Source of the DNA: Amoeboaphelidium protococcarum X5
Taxonomy: Eukaryota > Fungi > Aphelidiomycota
Length of the DNA stretch: 64,000 nucleotides
NCBI GenBank assembly: GCA_023515725.1
Contig: JALDTO010000215.1
Location: 1-64,000 of the forward strand
Direction of reading: 5' to 3'
Positions 1 through 13,967 of the stretch are shown here, one piece after another. Both the position numbers and the translations under genes were made by a program. Positions within the stretch are counted from its first letter, which is position 1; each line of letters starts with the position of its first letter. The notes under the pieces are model-generated. The model was not told the DNA's origin, made no database searches, and saw nothing but the letters and a program-made list of their open reading frames with translations.

Positions 1-152
1 ACCCTAACCCTGCCTAACCCTGCCCTAACCCTGCCATAACCCTGCCTAACCCTAACCCTGCCCTAACCCTGCCTTGCCCTAATCCTGCCCAAACCCTGCC
101 AACCCTGCCCAATCCTGCCCTAACCCTGCCCTGCCTACCCTGCTACCCTGCG
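1..152. repeat. Telomeric repeat tract, mixed CCCTAA/CCCTG units (G-strand approximately TTAGGGCAGGG)
   Basis: Window starts with accctaaccctgcctaaccctgccctaaccctg...; C-rich strand at the 5' end, increasingly degenerate inward. Confidence 0.9.
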
Positions 153-550
153 CTGACCTTCTTTCCCAATCTATCATTACAAGTAATCTCAATCATTGCT
201 CAGTGATTGATTGTCATCGCACTAAAAAGGAAAAGAACTTTGTAGCAGCGCGAATATGATGTGTAGATCTAAATTTTTGAATCTTAAATCGTAAAGTATA
301 GCTCAATGACCAGTTCACTGCTGGTAAATGCCGACAGCTTACCGTAAAATTTAATGCCTATATTGTATCAATTAAGTTGCATGTTCAGTATCCAAGAAAC
401 TGATTACGCGATGAAGTTACGCTCTCGCGCTATCTTTTGATGGTAGTCAAGTCAAAATGTTGTTGATTAGATTAGATTATTCTCAACGATTGTCAAATGT
501 CTGAAGTTGAAACAATTATAAAGTAACTCCCCTCAAATAGAATAATTAGT

Positions 551-1423
551 ATGCCAATAATTTTAAGATCTACAGAAGATACTTCCGCTGAAAGACCTCA
601 GATTGTGACTCAGTAATCTTACAAGATTGCTCAAGTACCGTTGGGTACCAGATTACTGCTGATTGTGTGCAGCTCATTGTTCATCTTGCAGACAATAGTG
701 CCTGCTATCGACACTGATGTTGATTTAACGTTCAAGATGTGTCTTTCTCCTTACAATATTGGCAAGCATGGCTCTGTGTGGAGATTATTTACATTTTCGT
801 ATGCTCATGCTAATATTATACATTTCGCAATGAACATGATCAGCCTGGTGATGCTTGGCAGTCTGATTGAGAAAAGATACGGTACATTGGTGTACTTGCA
901 TCTGGTGTTTAGTCTGTCCACCTTGGCCGGAATATTACACACGTTCATTGTATGGATGGTAGTGGTATCGGGAGCTATTACGTAGAATAATCACTGGTTA
1001 CAGGGAGAATGTGTTGTGGGTATTAGTGGCGTATTGTTCTCTTTTCTCTTTATTGAGATGAAAACTCACCCGGAACAAGATCGCCGACTGTTTGGTCTCT
1101 TCTCGCTGCCGGCAAAGTATTACCCGGTCGCGTTGTTGCTCTTCATCCAGATCCTGTTCCCGGGATCATCCTTCATTGGGCATGCGTGTGGTATCGCTGT
1201 CGGGTACAGTGTTGCTCTACTGGAGGCTCAATTTCTTTACCCGTGGTTCTTGCGTAAACTGGAAGAACATCCCTGGTTGAAAGATTCACAACTATCGCAG
1301 AACTCTGCGTATGTTAAGATGCCTGACGTGCCACTAAGTCCTGGTGGTCACGCGCGCGCCGTCTATCTCAATAGCGAGTAAAGCGATCCCATTCTGAAGA
1401 ATAATAACAATACTAGTGCATGA
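551..1423 (+). CDS. Rhomboid intramembrane serine protease (RHBDD1/Rbd2-like)
   Basis: ATG 551 in frame with ORF fragments 641 and 1016 through TAA/TAG; WRLFT, HANIIHFAMNM, catalytic GISG and GH motifs; TGA 1421-1423. Confidence 0.88.
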
Positions 1424-1686
1424 GGTATTACTGCATTTGGTAGAATGAATGAGAGAGACATAGAGAGAGAGAGAGCGATGTTTTGTTCGAATGATTGTTT
1501 TAGGTGATGACTGTCTTTTGCATTTTGGAAATTGATGAATATTTTTTTGTTTCAGTTGAAATATTTCTCTTTTGTTCTTTTTGTTCCCTCTCCTTCTTTA
1601 TTGCGTTTGTTACTGATTATATTACTTGTATCAATTCAATAGTGCCATCTCGCTGGTATATTCATTATATAGAAAGTATTATTATC

Positions 1687-4515
1687 ATGTTCTTTACTGG
1701 AGAGGCTAGCAGAAAGAGGAATGTGAATTTGGCTGGTAAATAGTCTCAGTAATTGTCAAGGGATGAAGTTTTAAAGCGTGCCCAGGTGGAGAGAGAAAAG
1801 AGGATGGAAGATCGTCGGAGGTTTAATGCTGCCATTGTAATTCAGAAATACTTTCGATCATGGAGTGTTTTAAAGGTATTCGGTGGACAGATTATGAGCA
1901 AGTGGACAATATTCGTTGATGATACCAACTCAGTTAAAGCTTTAAGAGTGGATGAGTTTTTAAAATTTCGCGTCTATTTGTCATAAAGCGAGTAGACTAT
2001 AAAACTAAACTAGATTGTAAAAGTACTCAATGATTCTGAGTTTAATTAGATAAGTGTGAAGGAATGGAGTAGAAGATTAGGAAAGTTGACTCGAGTGGTT
2101 CTATCTGGATAGTTTGAAATGGATTTAGTGCAGCGATATCTAAAGTTTATTTTGCTCCTGGGCAATGATGAAGTATTCAGCTCTATATTAAAGTTTATGA
2201 ATGATACAAATCTACGTACATTGTAATAACTACAACAATATGATGATCAAGTGGTGACTGATATAATCATGCGCCTTATCCCTTACTCTTAGAGTGCCCA
2301 GTAGTTGAAGAGATTGCTCTAGATTGTCCTGAATTCTGAACAGTTGAAAGGCGTTAGTATTGCAATCAGCTACAATTAGTATGAAAGTATTCGCTCTGGT
2401 TTATTAAGTTTTAGAAGTGATTTAGACTTTACTGTTAAAGAATTGACCTTTGTGCTTTAACTGCTCTTACTTTGTGTTTAAATAGTCACAAAGTAGAAGC
2501 TCATTAAGCGTGAAGATTTATAGCTGTCTTCATTACTATTCACCTAGTATCAGACTATATCAACTTTGAATTAAAATTTAAAGAATGGAAGCTCAGCCAA
2601 TGGTGATGTTGATTAGGTAGATGGGAATATTTCTTAAATGTTGAGCTTTCTGAAAGCTGTTATGGTGAAAGGGAATTTTGTTAAATTATTGACTTCAATG
2701 CCCTTAAATGATAAAGCTGATCTTGCTGAGTAAATTATAGCTATTTTTCAGATTATATCAATTGATGAGAGCATGCAAGATGAAGTATTCATTTAATTAA
2801 TCTATGGCTCTAGTGGTCGATACTTTTCTGAATTGTATTCACTCCTGAGAAGTTCAGAGTTAATTAAGTTGGTCATTGATGGCCAGGTGGAAGGTGTCGA
2901 TGTTACGCAATAAGAATTCGAGTAGACTTACATTGTGCTTTATATGCTTTGTGAAATGCTGAGTAGACTCTTATTGGTTTATGGAAGTGAAGAGTTTTAT
3001 GGGGAGAAGAATGTATTCGGGTTGCAAAGGTTGGTTGAATTTACGTCGATTCTAAAAAGTTTGGCGTTTAAGCTGACGATTAATGTTCAGGGTGTGTCTT
3101 CTATGAATGGCTCTGCATTTAAGATTATTAATCTTGGATAGATAAGGAGTGTCATGTACAAGCTTTTGAATCAAATCGTCATCAGGGACAGCTAGCGATA
3201 GTTTTGTCCAGACAAGTTCTGGATCATGACGGATGATTTTGACTTTGAGAGGTTGATGGTGGCAGCTTTAGATTATGAGAATAGTCTCAAGGTTGGATCT
3301 GATATTAATGGGTAGTTGTCGCCATATTAATAAATACTGCAACACATGCCGTATATCATCTCCTTTGAGAATCGTGTGCGCTTATTTTAACAATATCTCT
3401 CCATTGACTAGAAAGATAATCAATATATGGGGTTTCCTCGACATAGAGTTACTATTAGGAGGTCTATGTTGTTGGAGGATAGTTTTAATAAACTGAATCA
3501 GCTTGGATCTCAATTGAAAGACCGTGTCGGCATTACATTTATTAGTGAACTCGGTCTGGAAGAAGCTGGCATTGATGGTGGTGGTGTGTTTAAAGAGTTT
3601 CTGACTACACTGTGCAAGTTGGCTTTCGATCCTAATCTTGGTCTATTCACGTATACTCAGGAGCAGCTTATTTATCCTAATCCGCATGAGTACGCTGTTG
3701 AACCATAACAGTTGGAGTACTTTGGTTTCCTTGGCCGAATTATGGGTAAGGCGTTGTATGAAGGGATACTTGTATAGGCATCATTTGCTCCCTTCTTTCT
3801 TAACAAATGGCTTGGGAGACTTAATTATTTGGATGATCTGCCATCTCTGGATCCTGAATTGTATCGAAATTTGATGTTCTTAAAGAATTATGATGGTAAT
3901 GTTGAAGATCTATCTCTGACGTTCTCTCTGAGCAGCGATGAGTTTGGCACTGCAAAGACTGTGGAACTTATTCCCAATGGCAAGAATATTGCGGTCACCA
4001 AAGAGAACAGGATACGATACATTTACCTGGTGGCACACTATAAGCTGAATAAGCAGATTCAACTTCAAAGTCAGGCCTTCTTTGCCGGGCTGTCAGATTT
4101 GATAAAGCCGCGTTGTTTGCAGCTGTTCAATGAGAAGGAGTTACATGTCCTGATATCTGGTGCCCAAATTCCCATAGATATTCAAGATTTGAGGGATCAC
4201 ACTGTGTATGATAACGTCTACTCTGACTCTCATCCTACCATACAAATGTTCTGGAGAGTATTACAGTCGTTTTCTGAAGATGAAAAGTAGGCGTTTGTCA
4301 AATTTGTCACTTCATGCTCTAGACCACCTCTGCTTGGATTTAAAGAGCTGTAGCCTCAATTTAGTATTAGATTTGCTGGCACTGATAAGGATCGACTTCC
4401 AACCACGTCCACTTGTGTTAATCTGCTAAAGTTACCTCCTTATGCGGACGAGTTTACTTTAAGGTCCAAGTTGCTTTACGCGATTAAATCTGGAATTGGC
4501 TTTGAACTTAGTTGA
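1687..4515 (+). CDS. HECT E3 ubiquitin ligase, UBE3C/Hul5 type (~942 aa)
   Basis: [18 protein letters not shown]-terminus, IQ motif (IQKYFRSW), [30 protein letters not shown] with catalytic Cys, terminal GFELS-TGA; one frame with TAR=Gln. Confidence 0.93.
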
Positions 4516-4615
4516 ATAGTCTGCTGTACTTGTTAGTGGTAAGATGGACTTTATTATCTGGCGTATATAAAGATGTAAAGTTCTATCGATATAACAATCC
4601 AATACATTACATTCA

Positions 4616-6586
4616 TCACCTCATATTCTGCATTTACTTTATCAACTTCTCCAACTCCTGGCCATAGTGTCTGATTTGAGCATCTTTATCAGCAATCAAT
4701 TATCTAAACTGATCAATGTCGTACGTTGATAAAAGACTTTTAATCTACTACTCCCTGACCTTTAACCCACGCTCCATTTTCTCAATTTTATTCACCAATT
4801 TAATGGCTGAAGACTTTTTGGGAGAACCAGATTCAATATCACTGTACAGTTGAAGCTTCTGGGACAGCTCAATCTGCTCCGCTTTCATCTAATCAATCAA
4901 TCCATTCAGCTGATGCAAATCATCATTCTTCTATTGAATTTACTTCTCTTGAGAATTCAACTTTTATCTTAAATCGTGAGCGAGTACTTTAAATTAATCA
5001 ATCTCCATTACCAACTACTGATTCTCCACCTGCTTCAACTACAAATCACTGGTGAGAGATTTCACCATCTACTTGAGACTTGACAACTCCAAATTCTCCG
5101 ACTTTAGTTTAGCGATTTAAGATTGAGCATCAGCATGTGATCTTCGAAGAATAACCAGCTCCTGCTAAAGATCATGCGATTGAGGACCAGAGAATTTAAC
5201 TTCATCCAACTTTTTGGTGAGATCAACGATGCGCTTCTAGCATTATTACTCCGACTTGAGCAGGCCTCTATTCTGCACTTCCAATGACTAATAATCCAAT
5301 TCTATTTGCTGCAGCTTTCTTTACAGCGAGGACTTTTCCAAAGATATCTTGTTCTTCTCTTTACTAAACTTGTCATAATCTCTGCGCAACTAGCCAATTT
5401 CACTCAACCTATTACCAAGTTATAGCTAATAATCTTTCATCTACATGTTGCCGTTACTACCACCTTGATTACCAGATACACCGTGCCGTATAGCGTCACT
5501 CAGCTACTATTCAAGAATCAAATTGTCATCTTTTAAAGACTAAATTTCATCTCTCAACTATTTCAACTACTCGGCTTACTTGAGAGACTTTACTGGAGAT
5601 AGTGATCGATTTCTTTTGGGAGATTGTTGACCATCCGCAGAGTAAATGTTGATAAGAGACTCAAAAGTTGACTCGGTTGGACGCACAGACTTTTAAGGTG
5701 ACCTTGACTATCTCTAGCTATTCATTAAATTTTACACTTATTGCTACAGTTGTCTCTTCTCCTGTTCATGCTACTCCTATTGCAGTTACAACTTCTACTT
5801 GAGCTTATTCACTTCTGAATTGATAATTACACTGTCCTAATCAACAGTGTTCTACTTTTATTCAGTTAAGGACTCTGGCTATTGAGGAGGCTTCAACGCG
5901 ACAATCTATTACTTTTACAATCGCAACTTCATCTGCTGTTACAAGTCCTTCATCTCCTATCGCAACTTGACATTATCTCTATGAGCCTCATCCAACATTT
6001 TCAGAGTCAAATCCAATTCATCCTAAACATTCATGTTATTCTAACTATGTTATTCATCTACTACTTTACTTAAATGGGAATCCTTTCCAAACTTCTTATT
6101 CTGATAGTGAATTGAAGACGATGATGATGGAGGAGCAAAAGAGGAGGAGTATCGAGTCTTCTTACCAGTCTACTTGTATTATTTAAAATCTGGCTTCGAT
6201 CCAGGAAGTACAGAGAGTGAAGTACGCTTCAAATATGGTTTCTTTACCACCACCTAATTCACATTATAATCATTTTGATTATCGTTATTTAAATAGTTAT
6301 TGTTCTTCTTTGTCTGTTTAGCACTTTATTACACAGAGTATGGAGTAGGTGTAGGTGCATTAGGAGTATGAATCGTATTCTCAGCATCCTCACCCAGAAT
6401 TCCATCACCACCACCATTATTATTATTATTATTGCCACCATTAAATATGTGCTAATCAAACTACAAGTCTCCGCACAGAGAACTTTCCAGCAGTTCCAAA
6501 TCACTCTTTATGCCACTCAATTCATCATCAATATACTAGAGATTGGTCAACTTGTCCAGATCAACTGAACCACTATGAGACTACAT
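4616..6586 (-). CDS. Long coiled-coil protein of unknown family (~656 aa)
   Basis: ATG 6586 to TGA 4618-4616 in one frame; Q/E/K/L-rich heptad-like sequence with a low-complexity N/S-rich N-terminus. Confidence 0.65.
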
Positions 6587-7072
6587 GATAAAAATATTAT
6601 ATATGTTTACGCTCTCTTTGTACAATGACAAAAAGTATATTCATACCTGCTACATTATACACCAAGACTAAATTATTTTTAACCACCAGTATACTGTAGT
6701 TATTGCTTACTTAATGAAGACTGAGTTTCTTACGGAACGAGCAGGAAATTGAAACGAGAAAAGTCACAAGAAAGCGCGGCGTATGCTATGAATTGCATTT
6801 ACTAGCTGTTGGACATACTGAAAGTCTACCGAGAACTGATAAATTAATATTAGATTTTATCATCATTATCCCTCCGTTGTCGCATCAAAAGTACAATAGC
6901 AATCATAGCCTGGCCTCGCGATAGTAACAGTCAAACACGCTTTGTCATCGCATCGTCTGTATTTTCATATAAACATATTTTATAATCGCTATCAGTTTCG
7001 CTGTGATTATCCCTGACTTTCATACTTTCTACCTACATCTTTGTTTATCGCGTCATATATTGTGGTAGTGCA

Positions 7073-7882
7073 ATGTCATATTGTGAAAGGTGCGATAGAT
7101 GGTTTGGAAGTTATGAGGCCAAGTAGCAGCATATCAAGAATAGCAGCGCCCACTTCTGGTGTGATCAGTGTGATCGCGAGTTTGTCAACTACAATGGTCT
7201 GCAGTGTCATTTGAAAACGTCGCGCAGTCATGCAACTCATACCTGCTCAATTTGTGATGACTACTTCTTCTCTTAGACTGAATACACCTCGCATCTACGT
7301 GAGGAACACAACTGGTGCTCGGAATGTGGTAAATGCTTCAGTAATTGGAATGCACTGCGTAATCATGAGTAATCTGATGTGCACAAGTAGCGATCTATCA
7401 CATGCCCGCTGTGTCGTTAATTGACATTTAAGACACTGTCTGCTGTGGCTGCTCATGTTGAATCTAGTCGTTGTAATGGCTTCAAAGGTTCCCGGTAAGA
7501 CTTGCTGAACTTGATACGGAGATGGGAGGCTCAAAGTGGCGCACCAAACACGTTTACACGTCCCGCTATCGAATATCCTGGTCATAGCGATAGATCAATG
7601 GCTGGTCGTTGCACTATTCAGTTGGCACAATAATGTTACAATAAGTATTATGATGAGTATCAGTGTCCGCTGTGTGATAAGTGCGTTGATGCACCAACAT
7701 AGCTGGTTGCTCATTTGAATTCAAGGATCCACGCAGACTGTGACTATCGCTGCCATGCATGTTCAAGTACATTTGTAAGTCTTACTGGTCTAGTTCAACA
7801 TCTAGAACGTACCTAATGCAGAACCAAGAAGACTGATGATATCGCACGTTTAACTGGAGCCATTCGCACTCTTAGATTTTGA
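7073..7882 (+). CDS. Multi-C2H2 zinc finger protein (~269 aa)
   Basis: MSYCERCDRWFGSYEAKQQHIKNSSAHFWCDQCDREF...; repeated CxxC..H..H units; ends TGA. Confidence 0.85.
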
Positions 7883-8081
7883 ATATTATCAGAATACATT
7901 TATTTTATGAGCTTAGTATTTACTAAAATATGTTGACTTTCATTATACATCTTGATATATCGCGTAAATTAGCAGTGTAAAGACCGCTCGTTTAAATTAT
8001 CCGCTGCACTATCGCCTTATCCCTCTTCTCTTCAGCGTGAAATCTTGTTGCAACAACAACTATAATACTGAAAACGTTGTA

Positions 8082-8657
8082 ATGTCTCGATTATCAAAAT
8101 TATTTGACTTTGAGGAGTAGCTTGCGTTCTATGCCAAGTATCATAATACAAAATGGAATTAAATTGTTCATTTTGTATTTGTGCCTCTTATTTTCTGGAC
8201 CGCTCTCGTTTGGGCCAGCAATTGGACAGTGATTGATCACACCCCAATAACTGGCTCCTATGTTGTGACTCTGGTATATGCCTGTTACTATATTCTACTT
8301 GAACCGATGGCTGGTGCTCTGTATTCTCCTCTGCTATTTGGACTAGCGTATGGAGCGAACCACTTTCTACTGACATATGGCAAGAAAGATGCCAACATGT
8401 ATGCTCTGTATCTGCACGTATTCAGCTGGGTGGCTCAGTTTCTGTCTCATGGCCTGGTGGAGAAGCGAGCACCGGCACTCAAAGAGAATCTCACACAAGC
8501 TCTTCTACTTGCTCCATTCTTTGTGTGGTTTGAACTGCTCTTTGCCCTTGGCTATCGACCGCAGTTAAAATCGCGGTTAGAGTAGAGAATTAAGGCAGAG
8601 TTACAATCTATGGATGGCTCAAAGGTCAAGCTTAATAATGTTAAGAAGTCTAAATGA
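8082..8657 (+). CDS. MPO1: Mpo1/DUF962 family membrane protein (2-hydroxy fatty acid dioxygenase-like)
   Basis: FYAKYHNNKWNQIVHFVFVPLI, WVAQFLSHGLVEKRAPAL, APFFVWFELLFALGYRP motifs. Confidence 0.88.
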
Positions 8658-8786
8658 TTTATGACTTTAAGTAAAGTAAATGTTTATATCCGCCATTTAT
8701 TATGTTCTATAGAGTCGTCGATAAATTCAAAAAAAAATCAAGTCTAAAATGACAATAATTTGCCCATCTATATCGACACACTCACC

Positions 8787-9779
8787 TCATAAACTCTCCC
8801 TTACGCCGACAATGGAGAACTCTGCAATCTTCCAGCCATTGGAGAGAGGCGCATCTTCAACGTTGGAACGCATCAGAGCCCACGCGTAATACACATCATT
8901 TACCACGTTCTGGTCACCAGCGATAATCTCATTCGACTTGGCATCACGCACCACCTCTGTCTACTGCGCCTTGAACGTGACAATCAGCACTGGCATATCA
9001 TCGATAATCTTGGCCATGTTCAATTCGACATTGCGCAGATCCAACAGACGTCCTTCAATCACGCCACCCTCCTGATGCAGCTAATCACGCGATTACTTCA
9101 GCACGGACATTACTCCATCAGTGACGTACTACTTCAGCTCCTTCTCATCCCAGTCAATGAAGGCCTCCAGAACCTCTGGCACCACAAATTCACGCAGATC
9201 CTGAACAAAAGTGTCAACATCAAACGCGGGATCGCTCACCTTGATCTCTGCAATGGCCACTGCATGTTCATTCTCATCAGTCAGAGAGCCAAACATATCC
9301 TGCAGACGGTACGTGATATTACGCGTCAGATTGACAAAAGCATTATCGCTCTGCTCGTATGTCCTCTTGATGTCATAAATTCTGGATACAATCGGATTAT
9401 TATCCTTCATATTCTCCCAAGCCTGCTTCCACTTGCTGTCTTTGTGCATGACAATATTCGCGCCTGCATCCTTGTTCTCTTCCACAGTGCCGACATTATC
9501 AGCATATCCGGCCACTCCCTTCAGCCTCATGTCTTTGATCCTACTCCTGAACTCTTTACTCGTAATACCGCCATATCTTGTAGCATTATCATCAATGAGA
9601 TTCTTCTTTGTCGCGTCAAGAGATCCTTTAATATCCTGCACCAGATTCTTTGGCACACCTTTAGGAACATATTGCTATGCTCTATCCTTGATCTGATCAA
9701 ACAAATTCTTTTTTGCACCCTGCTACGATGAATTGTATCTAATCGCTGCCTTATAAAGTGCCTATCTAGATCTGATCAT
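8787..9779 (-). CDS. TIM44: Mitochondrial import translocase subunit Tim44
   Basis: Arg-rich presequence MIRSRQALYKAAIRYNSS; WKQAWENMKDNNP, DPAFDVDTF, VPEVLEAF, C-terminal GWKIAEF; TGA 8789-8787. Confidence 0.85.
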
Positions 9780-10477
9780 GTTTTAATTAGACTCGCTATA
9801 AATGAATTGGTTAAATTTTTTTAAAGATTTAGCTGTACTCTTTTGAGGATGAAAATTTGATTGACTAAAAGCAACGAAATAGAAAACGCGTCAAAAGTTA
9901 CATAGGCATTCAATAGAAAGTCCGTACAAGATGGCTTTAAAATTACTGTACATACAGCGCAAATTAACTGATTTCATATAGCCAGTCAAAGTGCAAAATA
10001 GATAAGAAAGTAGAACAGAAATAGAGAATCAGAATTAAGTTTGGTAGCGGATGTTTTGTACAGCATGGCACTCTGGATCAGTCAAAATAACTTTGACTAT
10101 TGTAAAGTGCACTCTGACAAATGCCAAATTCATCACATTCTCTAATACCGAATATTGAGCAGCTAATGATCATTTATACGTTACATGTAGTATAAAGAGC
10201 ATTAAAATATTAAATGGACGCGTTGACTACACAGTCACATTGCTTTAAATGCTATTCATAAAAGTTTTGTTCAAAATGAAGAGAATTAAAAGAAGTCAGA
10301 TTCCACCGACAACCGAACGTCTCCGAGCGACGCAAAGCGCAAAGGTTCATTTAGCCGACTCTCAAGTGTTTGAACATACGCGTTTCCGCCACATCAAGAT
10401 TAGTGTAACTCAGAGGGTATAAGATTCAAATATCAATTATCAACCAACTATCAATATATTATCACAGTATCAATCAA

Positions 10478-11968
10478 TCACTTCTGGATGCATTGAAAGA
10501 GAGCCTACTTGATGGCTTCCAGAGTGGTTTCGACGTGCTTGCGTGCCGTCTCAGTGACAGATATTCCCATGTGACCAATACGAAAGTACTGCGGTGCAAT
10601 ATCCTTGTGTAGACCACCAGCTAAAACTACACCATTCTAACCAATTTTGGGTAGTAGATCGCCAGCCTTGACGCCCTGAGGATAATACACTGCGGTAAGA
10701 GTATTGGCAGCCACTTGGCGATTGACAGGAACCAGTTTCAAGCCTAATTCACCGGTCAGAGTATCCTTAATCTTTGCACTTGCAGCCTCATGACTGGCAA
10801 AACGCTTCTCCATTCCCTGAGCAAGAATCTACTTCAAAGACACGTTCAAAGCCATAATCAAATTAACTGCCGGAGTGGCGAAATAACTCGGCTTCCTACC
10901 TTCGTACGACTGCATAATCGGGATCCAATTCTTCCAAGAGCAGTAGTAGTTTTACACATGAGTCTTACGATTCTGAAATACTTGGATGGCGCTCTGTGAA
11001 GCAACAAATATACACAATCCAGCGGGTACACCAAGAGCCTTCTAACTTCCAGTCATCACAAAGTCAACGTCCCATTCATCCATGTAGAATCTCTCACCGG
11101 CAAGGGAGCAGACAGCATCCACACAAACAACAGCATCAGGACACGTATCTCTGACAGCTTTCACAATCTCCTTGATATTAGATACCACAACACCTGTGGA
11201 TGTATCAACATGAGTAATGTTGACCAACTTGTAATTCTTACCAGCCAGAGCCTCGCAGATAGACTTTATAGATGGAACGTCGCCAATTTAAGGTGCACGG
11301 ACATGTGTAGCCTTGAACCCGTATGACTCTAAACAGTCTCCAAAGCTATCACCAAAATAGCCGGTATTGATCACCAGAGCTTCATCTCCAGCCTCCATCA
11401 AATTACATACGGCAGAGTCCCATCCAAGCGTTCCACTTCCACTAAGAATAAACGGTTACCCAGTCTACACAAATTAACCATAACGGACTTATCATATATA
11501 CGATGTCATCATGGACGTATCAACACTGGCATAAAACTTACCTTGGTGAACACAACCTAGCGCAGCATCTCCAGCGACTCGCCAAACATGTCAATAAAGT
11601 TTGGAGCCACATGAGAAGTTCCATAGGTAGCCATCGCAGCCAGCACATTTTCATGGAACTCAATCGGGCCTACACATTACATAGCGAAGATATATCGATC
11701 ATGATATGCATGAGGCCAGAAAAATAAACATACCAGGAATCATCAACAACTTTTTACTCTGCTGAGTTCCACCATTATCATTAATATTGCTAGTCATATT
11801 TGCTTTGGGTAATATATTGCAAATAGTTTTGAGATGAGAGCGATGCAAATCTAGATTCAGCGGAGATGAATAATAACAGCGATTGCCAACAATTAGAGAA
11901 GATCTCGGGATGGATGAAAGTTGACGGCGATTCCTTACTAAAGTAGACCGACACCAGAGTTGAAACAT
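10478..11968 (-). CDS. AGX1: Alanine-glyoxylate aminotransferase (class V PLP enzyme), 2 introns
   Basis: LLMIPGP, GSGTLGWD, NTGYFG, THVDTSTG, VDAVCS, TGSQKALG (Gln encoded by TAG next to the PLP Lys), YFATPAV, FRIGHMG; GT-AG introns ~11670-11733 and ~11465-11541; alternative start at 11797. Confidence 0.9.
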
Positions 11969-12398
11969 TTTGTTTTCTCGCGTTATAAGAGAGAGTGAGA
12001 GAGCGTGAGAGTATAATATTTGCATGAGAGTGAGAGAGAGAGATAGAGGAAAAGCAAATAAAATCAGAGAAGAAGCTTCGATATGATGCTGAAGATTGAT
12101 GGCGTGGTTGTACACTAATCAAAGTTGATTTGATCTAAAATACATTCTATATTCTAGTTTGAATTAGAAATAATTTTAAATATTGTGTTCTGGATAAATT
12201 TCAGACTCATAACTACAGTAGTCGTTCCGTAATGGAGTGTTATAACTTTCAACACGCTGAGGCATGACACATCAGTCGTGATCAGGAGTCATGATCAAAT
12301 TTTCAAGGAGATGATGATTACTTCTAGCTTTTACTTGGTTTTACTGACTTTGTCAAAAATAATTCTCTTTTAATTTGCTCATAAAGATTGAATAGATA

Positions 12399-13967
12399 AT
12401 GTCAGATTAATAGTAATAGGTGGAGGTGGAAGAATAGTTACCAGAAGTGTCTATAGATTAAAACACTTTGGCGAGATCTATATCGAATCTATCGCTGGAC
12501 GCGTCATCAGGTACTGCTGAGAGCATAAATGGCTATCAGGATATTGAGGTTGCATAGAAAAGTAATGCTAAATAGCGATCTCGAGTAGGAGGTTTTTGTG
12601 GGTGCTATTCAGGTAGATACAAATGGTTTTATATCATCATCACTGTTCTCATCATTCTTCTAGTGATCACTGCTGTGGGATTTCTCGCCATTTGGCAACT
12701 GGTGCCTTACATGTTTTAGAGGGCTTTCGCCACTCCTCAGACTGGTCCATATCCGCCGTGTGTATTCAGTGACTTTACTGAGAATGGCTTTACTCTGAAA
12801 GTGAATACTTCGCTTGGCTTTACGAATTACGTGTGGACAGAAATTCATTTCAAGACGCCGATAACTTTTCGCTATCTTGGCTCTTAAGCGCGCGGTGGTA
12901 ATATCACAGGCCATGATGGAATGGAGGGAATTCTGGTGGCCAAGATGCCATTCCCCGATGTCGCGTTTGGACGCACTGCATATCAACTAGATACCATCCT
13001 GGACTCGCAGCTGTAGAACACTACGCTTTTCGCGCATCTGTGGAAGGTGTGGATTGCTCACTCTAATTACATCAAGACTCCGGAGAAGTTTGTTAATGCG
13101 CCTGAGGAAGTGAAGGCTGATACATGGTGGTTGTTATAGACAAACGTGTCCGTCAAAATGGCTGGCTTGTATTGGGACCATATAACTTTGTCGCGACGCT
13201 AGATTTGGAATGGCGGTCTTGATCAGAGTGGGAAGTACGTGGAAGTCAATGTCACAGGAACTTCACTGGCCGGCTCACCTGTCAATCCTCAGTTGAAGTT
13301 GGATTTGAGTTACACTAATTTTGGAGTGATGGGCGTTAATCTGTCCTCACTAGCATTCTCATTGTACACGCTTTATCGCTCTCCACTAAGAGAGAGAACA
13401 CTGCCCGTCAGAATTATGGACAGTAAATGGAACAATTTCTTTTACAAGCCTGGCAATCATAATATCTCGGCTTAGAATTATCTGAACATTAACAAAGTTC
13501 CGTACACTTTAAGGGCGGCAACTCAGCTGGCTACCAATTTTGCGACGAATAGATCCATGATATTGGTGCTAAATCATTTCAGAACGTACAAGCAGTCAAA
13601 TGTGTCCACACAAGATTTAAGCAACTTAAAGCCCAGCGGGGAAGATGGTGTTGGATGGCTGAATGAGGCATTGTCGAGCGTGTCTTTTGTAGTGACAGTT
13701 TAGAGAAGGAAGACGCTTTTAGGCACTCTATTCAGCTATGTCAGTCGAAATAACAAGTCCAGTCCCGATTTAATGACCACCATTAATCAGGTTACAGATG
13801 TATCAAAGACCAACTCATCTTTGCTAAATGATGAAGATGTGGTGGTGGCCAAAGTTCCCACCGAGACTATAATTCAAAGCGGTGATTTAATGGGCCTGAA
13901 CGGCGTGAATGTTGATGGTTTTACTGAAGATGAGAAGGTGGCTTTATTAAGCTTGTTCTAGACTTGA
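12399..13967 (+). CDS. Single-pass type II membrane protein with beta-rich luminal region (LEA2/DUF3712-like, tentative)
   Basis: One frame ATG to TGA; basic/Cys segment, then TM WFYIIITVLIILLVITAVGFLAIW, then many N-glycosylation sequons. Confidence 0.65.

Noticed and set aside
9075-9731. 218-aa plus-strand ORF
   Set aside because: Antisense to Tim44
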